64,000 bases of DNA, taken from NCBI GenBank assembly GCA_014376785.1, contig JACMQW010000037.1:1944-65943 (forward strand), read 5' to 3'. Below are positions 36,389-46,028 of this stretch, one piece after another. Below the pieces are notes generated by a model. It was not told the DNA's origin. It did not search any database and saw only the letters and a program-made list of their open reading frames with translations. Source of the DNA: Oligoflexia bacterium. Lineage in GTDB: Bacteria > Bdellovibrionota > UBA1018. A program made the translations under genes and the position numbers. The first letter of the stretch is position 1, and every line of letters starts with the position of its first letter.

Positions 36389-37258
36389 ATGCTTGTCATT
36401 ATTGGTGGAATCTTCGTCTGCGCCTGCGTGTTCGGAGCTTATGCTTCGCACGGAGGAAATCTCGGAGTTCTCTGGCAACCGGTCGAAGTCATCATCATCG
36501 TCGGTTCCGGACTCGGAGCGACGATCATTTCCTCTAGCCCCGCGGTTTTGAAGGAGATCCTCCATCAGATTAAGCTGACTCTTTCGGGTAAGCCGCCGAC
36601 GAAAGCGGAATACACCGAAGTGCTTTTGCTGATGTACGAGATCATCAAGACCGCGAAAGGAAATCCTCTTTCGCTCGAAGCGCACGTTGAAAAACCGGAA
36701 GCCTCTGAAATTTTCAAACGCTATCCTTCCGTGATTAAAAACCACCACGTGCTTCACTTCCTTTGCGATACGCTGAAGGTTCAGATTTCAGCGCCGATGT
36801 CGCCGTACGATCTAGAAGACCTCATGGATAAAGACATCGAATCGATTCACGCTGCCGAAATGAAGGCCGCCGCGCAGGTTGGAAAATTCGGAGACGCCAT
36901 GCCGGGTCTTGGAATCGTGGCCGCCGTTCTCGGGATCGTGCAGACCATGGGTAAGCTCACCATGGGTAAAGAAGTCATCGGTCACTCCGTGGCCGCCGCC
37001 CTTGTGGGAACTTTCCTCGGGATTCTCGTTTCTTACGGATTCGTCGGTCCGCTTGCGGCTCGCATCGAACTCGGAATTAACGATTCGGCCGGGATCTTTA
37101 ACTCGGTGAAAATTGCGCTGCTTGCCTTTGCGAAAGACTGCTCACCGAAGGTTTGCGTCGAGTTCGCCAGGCGCTCGATTCCACCGGAAGTCCGCCCGAC
37201 GTTCGAAGAAGTCGATAAAGCAACATCCGGAGCCGGTAAGAGCGCAGCCGCGGCTTAG
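36389..37258 (+). CDS. motA: Flagellar motor stator protein MotA
   Basis: 289 aa. MLVIIGGIFV...GGNLGVLWQPVEVIIIVGSGLG N-terminus and C-terminal TM3/4 region GLGIVAAVLGIVQTM...AALVGTFLGIL. Confidence 0.85.
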   Translation: MLVIIGGIFVCACVFGAYASHGGNLGVLWQPVEVIIIVGSGLGATIISSSPAVLKEILHQIKLTLSGKPPTKAEYTEVLLLMYEIIKTAKGNPLSLEAHVEKPEASEIFKRYPSVIKNHHVLHFLCDTLKVQISAPMSPYDLEDLMDKDIESIHAAEMKAAAQVGKFGDAMPGLGIVAAVLGIVQTMGKLTMGKEVIGHSVAAALVGTFLGILVSYGFVGPLAARIELGINDSAGIFNSVKIALLAFAKDCSPKVCVEFARRSIPPEVRPTFEEVDKATSGAGKSAAAA

Positions 37259-37340
37259 TCCTGATTCGAATGATGAAAATTCAGTGAGATTCTAGTTCGC
37301 CGATTGATTGCAGTGATGTTCCCAGAACGAAGGAAGAAAA

Positions 37341-38087
37341 GTGGCTGATTCGAAACAACCCATCATCATACGACGAAAGAAAGCCGGGCACGGTGGTGCG
37401 CACGGGGGGGCTTGGAAGGTGGCATTCGCCGACTTCATGACCGCCATGATGGCCTTCTTTTTGGTGATGTGGCTCATGGGTTCGGATGAAGAGACGAAAG
37501 CCTCGATTGCGAATTACTTTAATAACCCGACTTCTGCGCTGCGAATCGACCTCTCGAATAAAGACAACGTCCCGCTGGGAGATAAAACCGGTGCCGGAGA
37601 AAGCGTTCTAAAGGGTGCGGATGGCGAAGTGCCGGAAGAGCTCGTGCAGAATCCTTCGAAACCGATCCTAGAAGGAAACACCGCAGCCGAAGACGCAACC
37701 GATGCGGCAACCAAACTGGCAAGCTCGGGTGACCGGGTACTGGTCGAAGTGATGCGCTTTTCTGTGCTTGAGGAAGATATTTTTCAGCCAGGCACGACGG
37801 ATCAGTTTAAGCCGGGCATCGAGAAAATTTTCTCTCGAATCGGCAAACTCGCGAAAAACCAAACGGACCGTAAACTCACCATCCGTGGGAGTTGGGGAAC
37901 ATCGGAAACCGGCAGCTATGATTTTCAAGTTGCGCGCACGGTTTCGATCTCACGATTCCTAGTCGATCACCGACTCGTCGAAGAAGACCGACTGGGCACG
38001 ACCATGCGCCGTAAAAAAGAAGGCGCTGAAGAAGACATGCGGAGCCCAGCGAGTGGCGCGCCTCGGATCGAGTTTATTTTTCAATAA
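37341..38087 (+). CDS. motB: Flagellar motor stator protein MotB (degenerate OmpA-like C-terminal domain)
   Basis: 248 aa. GTG start with AAGGAAG upstream. The channel segment WKVAFADFMTAMMAFFLVMWL carries the conserved Asp. The C-terminal OmpA-like region is recognisable but lacks the usual GHTD / LS..RA consensus. Confidence 0.75.
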   Translation: MADSKQPIIIRRKKAGHGGAHGGAWKVAFADFMTAMMAFFLVMWLMGSDEETKASIANYFNNPTSALRIDLSNKDNVPLGDKTGAGESVLKGADGEVPEELVQNPSKPILEGNTAAEDATDAATKLASSGDRVLVEVMRFSVLEEDIFQPGTTDQFKPGIEKIFSRIGKLAKNQTDRKLTIRGSWGTSETGSYDFQVARTVSISRFLVDHRLVEEDRLGTTMRRKKEGAEEDMRSPASGAPRIEFIFQ

Positions 38088-38572
38088 TAGAAATAGAGTT
38101 TAGCCCGGAGTGCGGACGATCTTTTTAATTCGTCATTAAACGCTGATTCTCGGATTTCCATGGAGTAAATCTCTAAAGCGTCGGCATTTTGATTTTCCAA
38201 GATCTCTGTCATCTTCGCTAATTGGGTGCGGTTCAGAGGTTTTGTGAACGACTCTGCAATTTGAATGACCTCATTTGCTTCATCGTCTACAGCTTTCAAA
38301 CTCGAAGCTTTTTCTTCGCTAGTCGATACAGCATCAACCGCATTAATAACTAGCGGTCCTGACATTTGTATTTGATAAGTCGTTGCCTGAAGTTTCGAGT
38401 CGACGCGTTTGGCTTCGAATTTCAACTGAGCGATGGCGCGGCTAAAATCGGCATCAGTTCCGGTACGAGCGAATTTCCCGACTAAGCCTGAGAGGACTGG
38501 AAAAGCCGCAGCTTTTGCTAAAGTTGGCAATGAAACTAGTAAAAAAATCCCTAAAATAACTGTCAATTTCAT
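38081..38572 (-). CDS. Hypothetical secreted protein
   Basis: 163 aa. Signal peptide MKLTVILGIFLLVSLPTLAKA, with a helical, charged remainder. No family recognised. Confidence 0.5.
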   Translation of the reverse strand: MKLTVILGIFLLVSLPTLAKAAAFPVLSGLVGKFARTGTDADFSRAIAQLKFEAKRVDSKLQATTYQIQMSGPLVINAVDAVSTSEEKASSLKAVDDEANEVIQIAESFTKPLNRTQLAKMTEILENQNADALEIYSMEIRESAFNDELKRSSALRAKLYFYY

Positions 38573-38738
38573 AAAAATTCCTTATTTTTCGGTTTTGGAA
38601 AATGAATTTAGTGAAACCTTAGCGTGGTGCGTTATCGGCTTCAATGCGATTTATTACACAGAGGTGTTAGAACTTCCTGGAAGAGTTTCAGTGAGGCCCC
38701 CGATTGACGCCCTGAATGCCCTCCGGTACACCCGCTCC

Positions 38739-40595
38739 ATGCAATCTCGAGCGCGCCAGGTTTTATCGGTGATTTCAGGCTCTCTGCTCTTTTTCAGTTC
38801 TCCCCAAGTGAACGCCCAAACCGACTGCTCGAATCCACGGCTTCCGCTTGAAAAGAACGAAGTTCTCATCTCCATTCTCGGTACGAATGATTTTCACGGA
38901 GCCATTGCTCCGAAGACTTCCCGGAATGGAGAATCCCTTGGCGGGATGGCGTTTTGGTCGGGTGCCGTCCGTTCTATTCGCGAAGGGGTAAAAGCAGCCT
39001 ACGGCGAACGCGGCGGTGTTCTTCTCCTCGATGGTGGAGATCAGTTTCAGGGCACGCTTCTTTCGAACTCCTCAGAAGGCGCTTTGATGTTCTCCCTTTT
39101 GAACGACGCTGGATACGATGCGATTGTTCCCGGAAATCACGATTACGATTTCGGTCCTGAAGGGTGGTTGGTCGATCAACTTTCGCCCGGCGAATCAGGC
39201 GATCCTCGAGGCGCAGTGAAAAAGCTGGCCGGGATGGCGAACTTTCCGATGCTTTCTGCGAATACTTACCTAAAAGCGTCTCTGAAAAATCTCGACGGAA
39301 AATCGGCGAAAGTTGAGAATGTCGGTTGCACATCAAATGAGATTCTCGACTGGTCCCATGCGGAGCGCCCCGAGTTCCTAAAGCCTTATCTGATAAAAAT
39401 CGTGGCCGGAGTTCGGGTCGCGATCGTCGGGCTGGATAATCCACTGACATCGACCACCACCACGATCGCGAACGTGAGTGATCTCTGCTTCCGTCCTGCG
39501 CTAGCAGAGTACCAGTCGATCCGCACCGAACTCGAGGGCAAGGCCGATCTCTTCGTGATTGTCATTCATGATGGCGACATCAATCAGGATAAAAAGCTCA
39601 CGACTTTACTCACCGACATTCGGAAATGGCGTGCAGACGGGGTCGATGCAGTGATCGGCGGACACACCCATCAGGTGAATCGAATCGATGTGGATGGAGT
39701 TTTCGCGATCCAATCAGGGTCGAGCGGTGAACGTTTTGGCCGAATCGACCTGGTTTTTGATCGTTCTACCGGAAAAGTGGCACGTGAGAAAACACACGTC
39801 GCCGCAGGGGCACTTCTGCTCTCGGAAGGCTGCGACCTCCAGACGGATTTTTTCTGCGCAAAAAAATCGGCGGTGCGAGTGACCTATGACTGTTCCGAAG
39901 TGCAGGAATCTCCGACGGCACTGGAAAAAATCGCAGTAGGCGAAGGAAAAATTCGGCCGATGATCAGTCGCTTTCTAGGGACTGCCTCTTTTGAAGTGTC
40001 GAAAAACTATGACAAGGAAGGGGCTCTCACGAACTTCTTAACCGACGTGTTCCGTCGCGCAGCGGGAACGGATATCGCGATCATTAATGCGGGCGGCGTT
40101 CGCACGAGCATTCCTCCGGGAAGGTTTACGTACGAAAAGCTTTTCCAAATCCTGCCGTTTAATAACCACGCTGTCGTTTTGAGTCCGATGAAAGTTTCGA
40201 CTCTCGTAAAAATACTCGAGATGACTTCGAAGAGCTGTGGAAAGCACGGAGCCGTGCTCGCTTCCGGAATCCAAGTGACCTACCGGCGAAGTGATTGTAA
40301 AAGCGCGGTCGATGGCGAAGACCTCGGCGCACAGCTCCTGACTGTCCAGCTGAACGATGGTTCAGTCCTTTACGACGTGACCGATTCCGCAAATCCTGTC
40401 ATTCATGAGCGATCCTTGCGGGTCGCCACTCTGGATTTTCTAGAGGCAGGAGGTTCCGGATACGTTGGTTTTTCTGAAGCTCCTCTGGAAAAAGAACTCG
40501 GAATCTTCCGTGAATTATTGGCTGACGAACTCGCAAAGGACCCGGGAGTCATCGCCCCCACCATCGATGGCCGATTTAAGAACGTCTCCCTCTAG
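38739..40595 (+). CDS. Secreted bifunctional metallophosphatase / 5'-nucleotidase (UshA-like)
   Basis: GTNDFHG, GGDQFQGT, GNHDYDFG and GGHTH metallophosphoesterase motifs plus a C-terminal 5'-nucleotidase domain. I trimmed from the track start (38433, overlapping the divergent gene) to the ATG at 38739, which precedes a signal peptide ending ...PQVNAQ. Confidence 0.85.
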   Translation: MQSRARQVLSVISGSLLFFSSPQVNAQTDCSNPRLPLEKNEVLISILGTNDFHGAIAPKTSRNGESLGGMAFWSGAVRSIREGVKAAYGERGGVLLLDGGDQFQGTLLSNSSEGALMFSLLNDAGYDAIVPGNHDYDFGPEGWLVDQLSPGESGDPRGAVKKLAGMANFPMLSANTYLKASLKNLDGKSAKVENVGCTSNEILDWSHAERPEFLKPYLIKIVAGVRVAIVGLDNPLTSTTTTIANVSDLCFRPALAEYQSIRTELEGKADLFVIVIHDGDINQDKKLTTLLTDIRKWRADGVDAVIGGHTHQVNRIDVDGVFAIQSGSSGERFGRIDLVFDRSTGKVAREKTHVAAGALLLSEGCDLQTDFFCAKKSAVRVTYDCSEVQESPTALEKIAVGEGKIRPMISRFLGTASFEVSKNYDKEGALTNFLTDVFRRAAGTDIAIINAGGVRTSIPPGRFTYEKLFQILPFNNHAVVLSPMKVSTLVKILEMTSKSCGKHGAVLASGIQVTYRRSDCKSAVDGEDLGAQLLTVQLNDGSVLYDVTDSANPVIHERSLRVATLDFLEAGGSGYVGFSEAPLEKELGIFRELLADELAKDPGVIAPTIDGRFKNVSL

Positions 40596-40755
40596 GATTG
40601 CCGTCCGGCCCTACTTCATCCCGAACTCACCCCATCTGCCAGTAATTTGGCGTACTGCGGCTTGACGAAAGTTCCTATGCGTCTTCTGATGATGGAATCA
40701 TCGGAATTGAAAGATCTGTGCAACGGACGCACAGACCTTCCGCAAGGGATCACTT

Positions 40756-42162
40756 ATGGCATTCATGAAGAATTTCAGCCTGGTTTTAGTCGCACTCACA
40801 TTCGCTCACTCTAGTTTCGCATCCACGATTGCGATTATCGATTCGGGCAGCGACTACCGGCACACCGCTCTTTCGGCTCAATACGAATTGAATCCAAGGC
40901 CTAGCGCGCTCCCACCGTATATCAACGACGTCTACGGCTGGAACTTCGCCGAAAACAACAACACCGTGATCGATTATAAATACCTCGAAGTTCTGAAATT
41001 GGTCATGCCGGATATTCAGAAGTTTTTTGTGCTCCAGGTCCGCTCACTGGATAAAACAGCCACCCCGGCCGATATTGCTTGGCTGAAATTGAAGCGAAAT
41101 GACGACGAGTTCATCAAGAAAATCGGCATTTTCGGAAATTTTGCTCACGGCACGCATGTCGCCGGCATCACTGGTGGGCATTCAACGAAAGTGGACCCGG
41201 ATAACCATCCTTTCGCGGTGAAAATCATCCCAACGGAAGTGAAGCTCCCATTTTCAGTGCAGTTTACGAAGACCGAGCAGTTCCGAGCCATCTCGAATCC
41301 GGTGAGTAAATTCTCAATGGGCGTTGGATTGCGTGAGACGCTTTTTGTGAGCGCTCTTCGTGGTTTGGCGAGTTTCCAAACGAAAATTTTTAGCAAGGTC
41401 GGTGCCTACGTGAACATGCGCGGTGCGGACGTTGCGAACGGATCGTTTGGGACGGGTTATTCTCAATTGAAAGGCGTCGTCGAGATGCTCTACAACATGG
41501 TTTTTAGCGAGAGCGAACGAAGTCCCGTAAAACTCGCGCAGTTCACGAAAGACTACATGAGCCTGATCATCATGAAGAGTCGCGTGATGGTGGATAGCGC
41601 TCCCCACACCTTGTTTGTGTTTGCGGCTGGAAATGAAGGAACGAATAATGATGTCGAACCCGTCAGCCCGGCAAACATTCGTGCTGAGAACTCAATGGTC
41701 GTCGCCGCAACTTTGCGGAATCGCGAACTGGCCGTTTTCTCCAATTACGGATTGATGGTGGACGTCGCCGCTCCAGGAGTCGGAATTTCATCCCTGTATC
41801 CCGGCAATGAGCGGGGCCTCATGTCGGGAACTTCCCAGGCTTCGCCCTATGTGGCGGGGGTCGCTGGAACGATGAAGAACATCAACCCAGGACTGAAGCC
41901 AATCGAACTGAAATCGATTCTGATGGACACGGTCGACGCGAAAAAATGGTTGGTGAATAAAGTGAAGTCAGGCGGGGTGGTGAATCCTGAACGGGCTTAC
42001 GAAGCCGCGCGACTGACGAACCAAGGAATGACGCCTTTTATGGCTTCCGTTGCCGCAAGAAAGCGAGTCGCCGACGTGCCGACCGAAGCACCGTCGGTGA
42101 AAGCGCCACCGAGCATGGACGATATCTACGGGATCATGCCATTGATTTCACCTGTGAATTAA
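40756..42162 (+). CDS. Secreted S8 family (subtilisin-like) serine peptidase
   Basis: 468 aa with signal peptide. Catalytic triad motifs IAIIDSGSD, HGTHVAGI and GTSQASPYVAG. Confidence 0.85.
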   Translation: MAFMKNFSLVLVALTFAHSSFASTIAIIDSGSDYRHTALSAQYELNPRPSALPPYINDVYGWNFAENNNTVIDYKYLEVLKLVMPDIQKFFVLQVRSLDKTATPADIAWLKLKRNDDEFIKKIGIFGNFAHGTHVAGITGGHSTKVDPDNHPFAVKIIPTEVKLPFSVQFTKTEQFRAISNPVSKFSMGVGLRETLFVSALRGLASFQTKIFSKVGAYVNMRGADVANGSFGTGYSQLKGVVEMLYNMVFSESERSPVKLAQFTKDYMSLIIMKSRVMVDSAPHTLFVFAAGNEGTNNDVEPVSPANIRAENSMVVAATLRNRELAVFSNYGLMVDVAAPGVGISSLYPGNERGLMSGTSQASPYVAGVAGTMKNINPGLKPIELKSILMDTVDAKKWLVNKVKSGGVVNPERAYEAARLTNQGMTPFMASVAARKRVADVPTEAPSVKAPPSMDDIYGIMPLISPVN

Positions 42163-42196
42163 CCCGGCTCACCTGAGCATTTCCAACTGAGCTCCT

Positions 42197-43459
42197 ATGC
42201 AAACTAAAACCGACGTCAAGCACCCCGAGCAAGCGATTCGAGATATCCAGCATTTCGGCGAAGAAGGGGGAGTGGTGCCGGTGATAGACGTGGCCGCCAC
42301 GTCTACTTTCCTCGATCCCGCGGATATGGAACGAACGTTTCAAGGGGAGTTGCAGGGTTGTTACCTCTATTCGCGGCACTCAAATCCGACCGTAAATATT
42401 TTCGGTAAAAAAATAGCGGCAATGGAAGGGGCGGAGGCGGCACTTGGAGTCGCGAGCGGGATGGCCGCGATTTCGTGCGCGGTCGAGCAGATTTTTAGAA
42501 ATTCCGAGACCGCCGAAGGTACCGGCTCCGCGGTGGACCCTAACCCACGGAGTTCTGGACATCTGATTACGGCACGCACGATCTATGGCGGAACTTACGC
42601 TCTCTTTAAAAACATCTTCCCTGCGCGCGGAATCGAAGTGAGCTTCGTCGATATTAATGATCTCCGTGCCGTGGAGGCCGCATTCAGGCCCGAGACGAAG
42701 GTCCTCTACGCAGAAACACTGAGTAACCCCTTGCTAGCCGTCACAGACCTGCGTGCTCTAGCGGCGCTCTGTAAAAAGCGCGGAGTTAAATTCGTCGTCG
42801 ATAATACGTTTACGCCGCTCATCGTGCAGCCCCTCTCGCACGGAGCGGACGTGGTCGTCCACTCCTGCACGAAGTACATTTCAGGGTCGAGCGATTTCAT
42901 TGCCGGCGCGATTGCGGGATCGGCAGAATTCATCGCGAGTTTAATCGACGTGAACCACGGGTCGGTGATGCTAAATGGGCCCGTGATGGATCCGCGCATT
43001 GCCCACGAACTTTACTTGCGCCTGGATCATCTGTCGGTACGGATGCAAGCGCATGCAAAGATGGCGGAGTTTCTAGCCACCCGCATGTGGGCAGAAAAAA
43101 TTCCGGTGATCTATCCGAGCCTTCCGAATCATCCCCAGCACGCGCTCATGCGGAGCCAGATGAATGTCCAATTCGGGTACGGAGCGATTCTCACCGTGGA
43201 TTGTGGTTCGGCTGAACGCGCTAGCGCTCTGGCGATTCGTCTGCAGCAAGAGAAATTCGGACTTTACGCTGTCTCGCTTGGCTTCTCTCGCACGCTCATG
43301 AGTTGCTCGGCGAAGAGCACTTCGTCTGAAATTCCTGAAGCAGAACAACGAGCAATCGGACTCGCTCCTGGTCTCATTCGTTTCAGTATCGGTTACACCG
43401 GAGATCCTGAAATAATGTGGTCGCGTTTCATCGGTGCTTACCGAGAAGTGATTCGTTAA
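42197..43459 (+). CDS. Cys/Met-metabolism PLP-dependent enzyme (methionine gamma-lyase / cystathionine gamma-synthase family)
   Basis: 420 aa. YSRHSNPT, ETLSNPL and the PLP-lysine motif HSCTKYISGSSD. Substrate specificity cannot be assigned by eye. Confidence 0.8.
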   Translation: MQTKTDVKHPEQAIRDIQHFGEEGGVVPVIDVAATSTFLDPADMERTFQGELQGCYLYSRHSNPTVNIFGKKIAAMEGAEAALGVASGMAAISCAVEQIFRNSETAEGTGSAVDPNPRSSGHLITARTIYGGTYALFKNIFPARGIEVSFVDINDLRAVEAAFRPETKVLYAETLSNPLLAVTDLRALAALCKKRGVKFVVDNTFTPLIVQPLSHGADVVVHSCTKYISGSSDFIAGAIAGSAEFIASLIDVNHGSVMLNGPVMDPRIAHELYLRLDHLSVRMQAHAKMAEFLATRMWAEKIPVIYPSLPNHPQHALMRSQMNVQFGYGAILTVDCGSAERASALAIRLQQEKFGLYAVSLGFSRTLMSCSAKSTSSEIPEAEQRAIGLAPGLIRFSIGYTGDPEIMWSRFIGAYREVIR

Positions 43460-43464
43460 ATCAT

Positions 43465-43497
43465 GAAAAAAGGCATCCGAATGAATTCGGATGCCTC
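43465..43497. terminator. Bidirectional intrinsic terminator between convergent genes
   Basis: AGGCATCCGAAT-GA-ATTCGGATGCCT 12-bp stem flanked by an A-run on the plus strand (a T-run on the minus strand, downstream of leuS). Confidence 0.75.
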
Positions 43498-43535
43498 TCG
43501 CTTGTTTACTGAAAGTGAGTTCGTGAAAGGAGTGA

Positions 43536-45998
43536 TTAACCCACCACGAAGTTCATAATTTTCCCCTGGACGAAGATGAGTTTCTTCACCGTCTTTCCTT
43601 CGAGCTGCGCCGAGACTTGAGGAATTTCTCGGGCTGCTTTCTCGATAGCCGCTTGATCGGTGCCCACCAGAACTTCGACCGTGCCGCGAGTTTTGCCGAG
43701 AACTTGGATGGCGATCGTCATCTTATCTTCCACCACGTACTTCGGCTCGAAATTCGGCCAAGGAGCATAGGTTAAGAGCGCCGTCTCACCGATCGCTTCC
43801 CAAAGTTCTTCCGCCATGTGCGGAGCGAACGGATAGAGAAGTTGCACGAACGGTTTCAAGCACTGCCGGGGGCTTCGACCTTCCTTCGTGAAGTGGTTCA
43901 CAAAAACCATCATCTGAGAGATCGCCGTGTTGAAGCGGAGGGCTTCGATGTCCTCGGTGACTTTTTGGATCGTCTTATGAGTCATTCGCAGGTCGTCTTC
44001 GGTCGGCGTTTCGCCTTTAACGATGCAGAAGTCGCGAGTCTCGGCAGAGGCTTCAGCACGAGGCGAATCCATAAAGATCCGCCACGCGCGCTGAAGAAAC
44101 CGAAATGTCCCGGTGATCGCAGTCGTAGACCAAGGTTTGTCTTGATCGAGCGGTCCCATGAACATTTCGTAGAGGCGCAGAGTATCGGCACCGTACTCGC
44201 TCACCACATCGTCCGGATTAATCACGTTCCCGCGTGACTTCGACATTTTCTCTCCGTCTTCGCCGAGGATCATTCCTTGGTGAACGAGGCGTTGAAAAGG
44301 TTCGTGGTGAGTGACGAGGCCCGCATCGTAAAGGACCTTCGTCCAAAACCGCGAATAGAGGAGATGCCCGACCGCATGCTCGGGACCACCGAGGTAAAGA
44401 TCCACGGGCATCCAGTACTTCTCGGCTTCTTTAGACCATGGTTCGGATTCGTTATTCGGATCGCAGTAGCGCAGAAAATACCAGCTCGATCCGGCAGATC
44501 CCGGCATCGTATCGGTTTCGCGTCTGACTTTTTTCCCGGTGCGTGGATCGGTGGTGAAGAGCCATTCGGTCACTCCCGCAAGCGGGCTCTCACCTGTGCC
44601 ACTCGGCTCATAAGACTTCACGTCGGGGAGCGCGACCGGAAGCAAATCATCCGGCAAAGTTTCTTTCGATCCGTCATCCAGGTGGATAACTGGAAAAGGC
44701 TCGCCCCAATAACGCTGACGAGAAAAAAGCCAATCGCGAAGTTTGTAGTTTACCGTGCGTTTTCCAAGTCCTGCCGCTTCGGCCATCGCAATTACGCGAT
44801 TTTTCGCTTCCGCGGTTGGAAGCCCGGTAACCTCACCGGAATTAATCGACGTTCCCTCACCGGAAAAACATCCATCCCCCTCTGCCGAACCCGGAAGGGG
44901 TTTGACCACTTCGAGAACCCGAAGCGAAAAAGCAGCCGCGAATTCGGAATCGCGGACATCGTGTGCCGGAACCGCCATAATCGCGCCGGTCCCGTAGCCC
45001 ATCATCACGTAATCCGCGACCCAAACCGGAATCTTTGTTTGATTGAAAGGATTCGTCGCGTAAGCACCGGTGAAAGCGCCCGTCTTCTCTTTCGTCTGTT
45101 CTTGCCGAGCAATTTCCGATTTGCGCGAACTCGCATCGACGTAAGCAGCCACCTTGGCTTTTTCCGCGAGAGTGGTGATTTTTACGACGAGCGGATGTTC
45201 AGGTGCAAGCACGAGGTAAGTCGCGCCGTAGATCGTATCCGGCCGCGTGGTGAAGACTTCGATTTCTTCTCCCGCACTTTTTCCGTCCGCGGCGATCAAA
45301 GGAAAGCGGTATTGGAGTCCTTCGCTTTTTCCGATCCAGTTTCGCTGGAGCTCTTTGGTTCCTTCTGGCCAATCTAAGCCATCGAGATCTTTGATCAGGC
45401 GCTCGGCGTAATCTGTAATTTTTAGCATCCACTGTTTCATCGGCTGGCGAAATACCGGATGGCCCCCGCGTTCGGACTTTCCATCGATCACTTCTTCATT
45501 TGCGAGTACGGTCTTGAGCGCTGGGCACCAGTTCACCGGCACTTCTTTTTGATAAGCGAGGCCTTTGTCGTAGAGGCGCTTAAAAATCCACTGTGTCCAT
45601 TTGTAATACTTCGGTTCGCAAGTGGAGATCTCGCGCGTCCAATCGTACGAGAACCCGAGCATCTTGAGTTGCCTACGAAAGTTTTCGATCGCGGCGGCAG
45701 TGGTGATCGCCGGATGGGTGCCGGTTTGAATCGCGTGTTGTTCTGCGGGGAGTCCGAACGCGTCCCATCCCATCGGATGGAGAACGCTGAATCCGCGGGT
45801 GCGTTTGTACCGAGCGAGAATATCGGTGGCGGTGTAACCCTCAGGGTGTCCGACGTGGAGACCCGAACCCGATGGGTAGGGAAACATATCGAGCACGTAA
45901 TATTTCGGTTTGGATGGATCGAGTTCGCTTTTGAAGACCTGCTTTTCATCCCAAAACTTTTGCCACTTTGCCTCGACGAACTTGTGCGGATAAGCCAT
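43536..45998 (-). CDS. leuS: Leucine--tRNA ligase
   Basis: About 820 aa. MFPYPSGSGLHVGHPEGY (HIGH), the KMSKS loop (GEKMSKSRGN) and a CP1 editing domain. The start is set at the ATG at 45998 (MAYPHKFVEAKWQKFW matches bacterial LeuS N-termini). The track start at 46091 would overlap the divergent gene. Confidence 0.9.
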   Translation of the reverse strand: MAYPHKFVEAKWQKFWDEKQVFKSELDPSKPKYYVLDMFPYPSGSGLHVGHPEGYTATDILARYKRTRGFSVLHPMGWDAFGLPAEQHAIQTGTHPAITTAAAIENFRRQLKMLGFSYDWTREISTCEPKYYKWTQWIFKRLYDKGLAYQKEVPVNWCPALKTVLANEEVIDGKSERGGHPVFRQPMKQWMLKITDYAERLIKDLDGLDWPEGTKELQRNWIGKSEGLQYRFPLIAADGKSAGEEIEVFTTRPDTIYGATYLVLAPEHPLVVKITTLAEKAKVAAYVDASSRKSEIARQEQTKEKTGAFTGAYATNPFNQTKIPVWVADYVMMGYGTGAIMAVPAHDVRDSEFAAAFSLRVLEVVKPLPGSAEGDGCFSGEGTSINSGEVTGLPTAEAKNRVIAMAEAAGLGKRTVNYKLRDWLFSRQRYWGEPFPVIHLDDGSKETLPDDLLPVALPDVKSYEPSGTGESPLAGVTEWLFTTDPRTGKKVRRETDTMPGSAGSSWYFLRYCDPNNESEPWSKEAEKYWMPVDLYLGGPEHAVGHLLYSRFWTKVLYDAGLVTHHEPFQRLVHQGMILGEDGEKMSKSRGNVINPDDVVSEYGADTLRLYEMFMGPLDQDKPWSTTAITGTFRFLQRAWRIFMDSPRAEASAETRDFCIVKGETPTEDDLRMTHKTIQKVTEDIEALRFNTAISQMMVFVNHFTKEGRSPRQCLKPFVQLLYPFAPHMAEELWEAIGETALLTYAPWPNFEPKYVVEDKMTIAIQVLGKTRGTVEVLVGTDQAAIEKAAREIPQVSAQLEGKTVKKLIFVQGKIMNFVVG

Positions 45999-46028
45999 AG
46001 AGAGGAATATAGAAGACGGAGGGTCGGA

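Noticed and set aside
44277-45377. 366-aa plus-strand ORF inside leuS, with similar antisense ORFs at 29146-29712 and 29719-30261 (in glyQS), 53806-54522 (in the histidine kinase) and 22218-22793 (in smc)
   Set aside because: All lie fully within strongly supported genes on the other strand. They have Arg/Ser-rich compositions typical of shadow frames and lack RBS or motifs.
45459-46028. N-terminal 190-codon extension of the thioesterase ORF, with similar extensions at 38433-38738, 32555-32776, 49336-49470, 47509-47583 and 13566-13658
   Set aside because: Each extension overlaps a well-supported neighbouring gene and lacks homology-like sequence. Each is also followed by an internal ATG that has an RBS or signal peptide and matches the expected family N-terminus.
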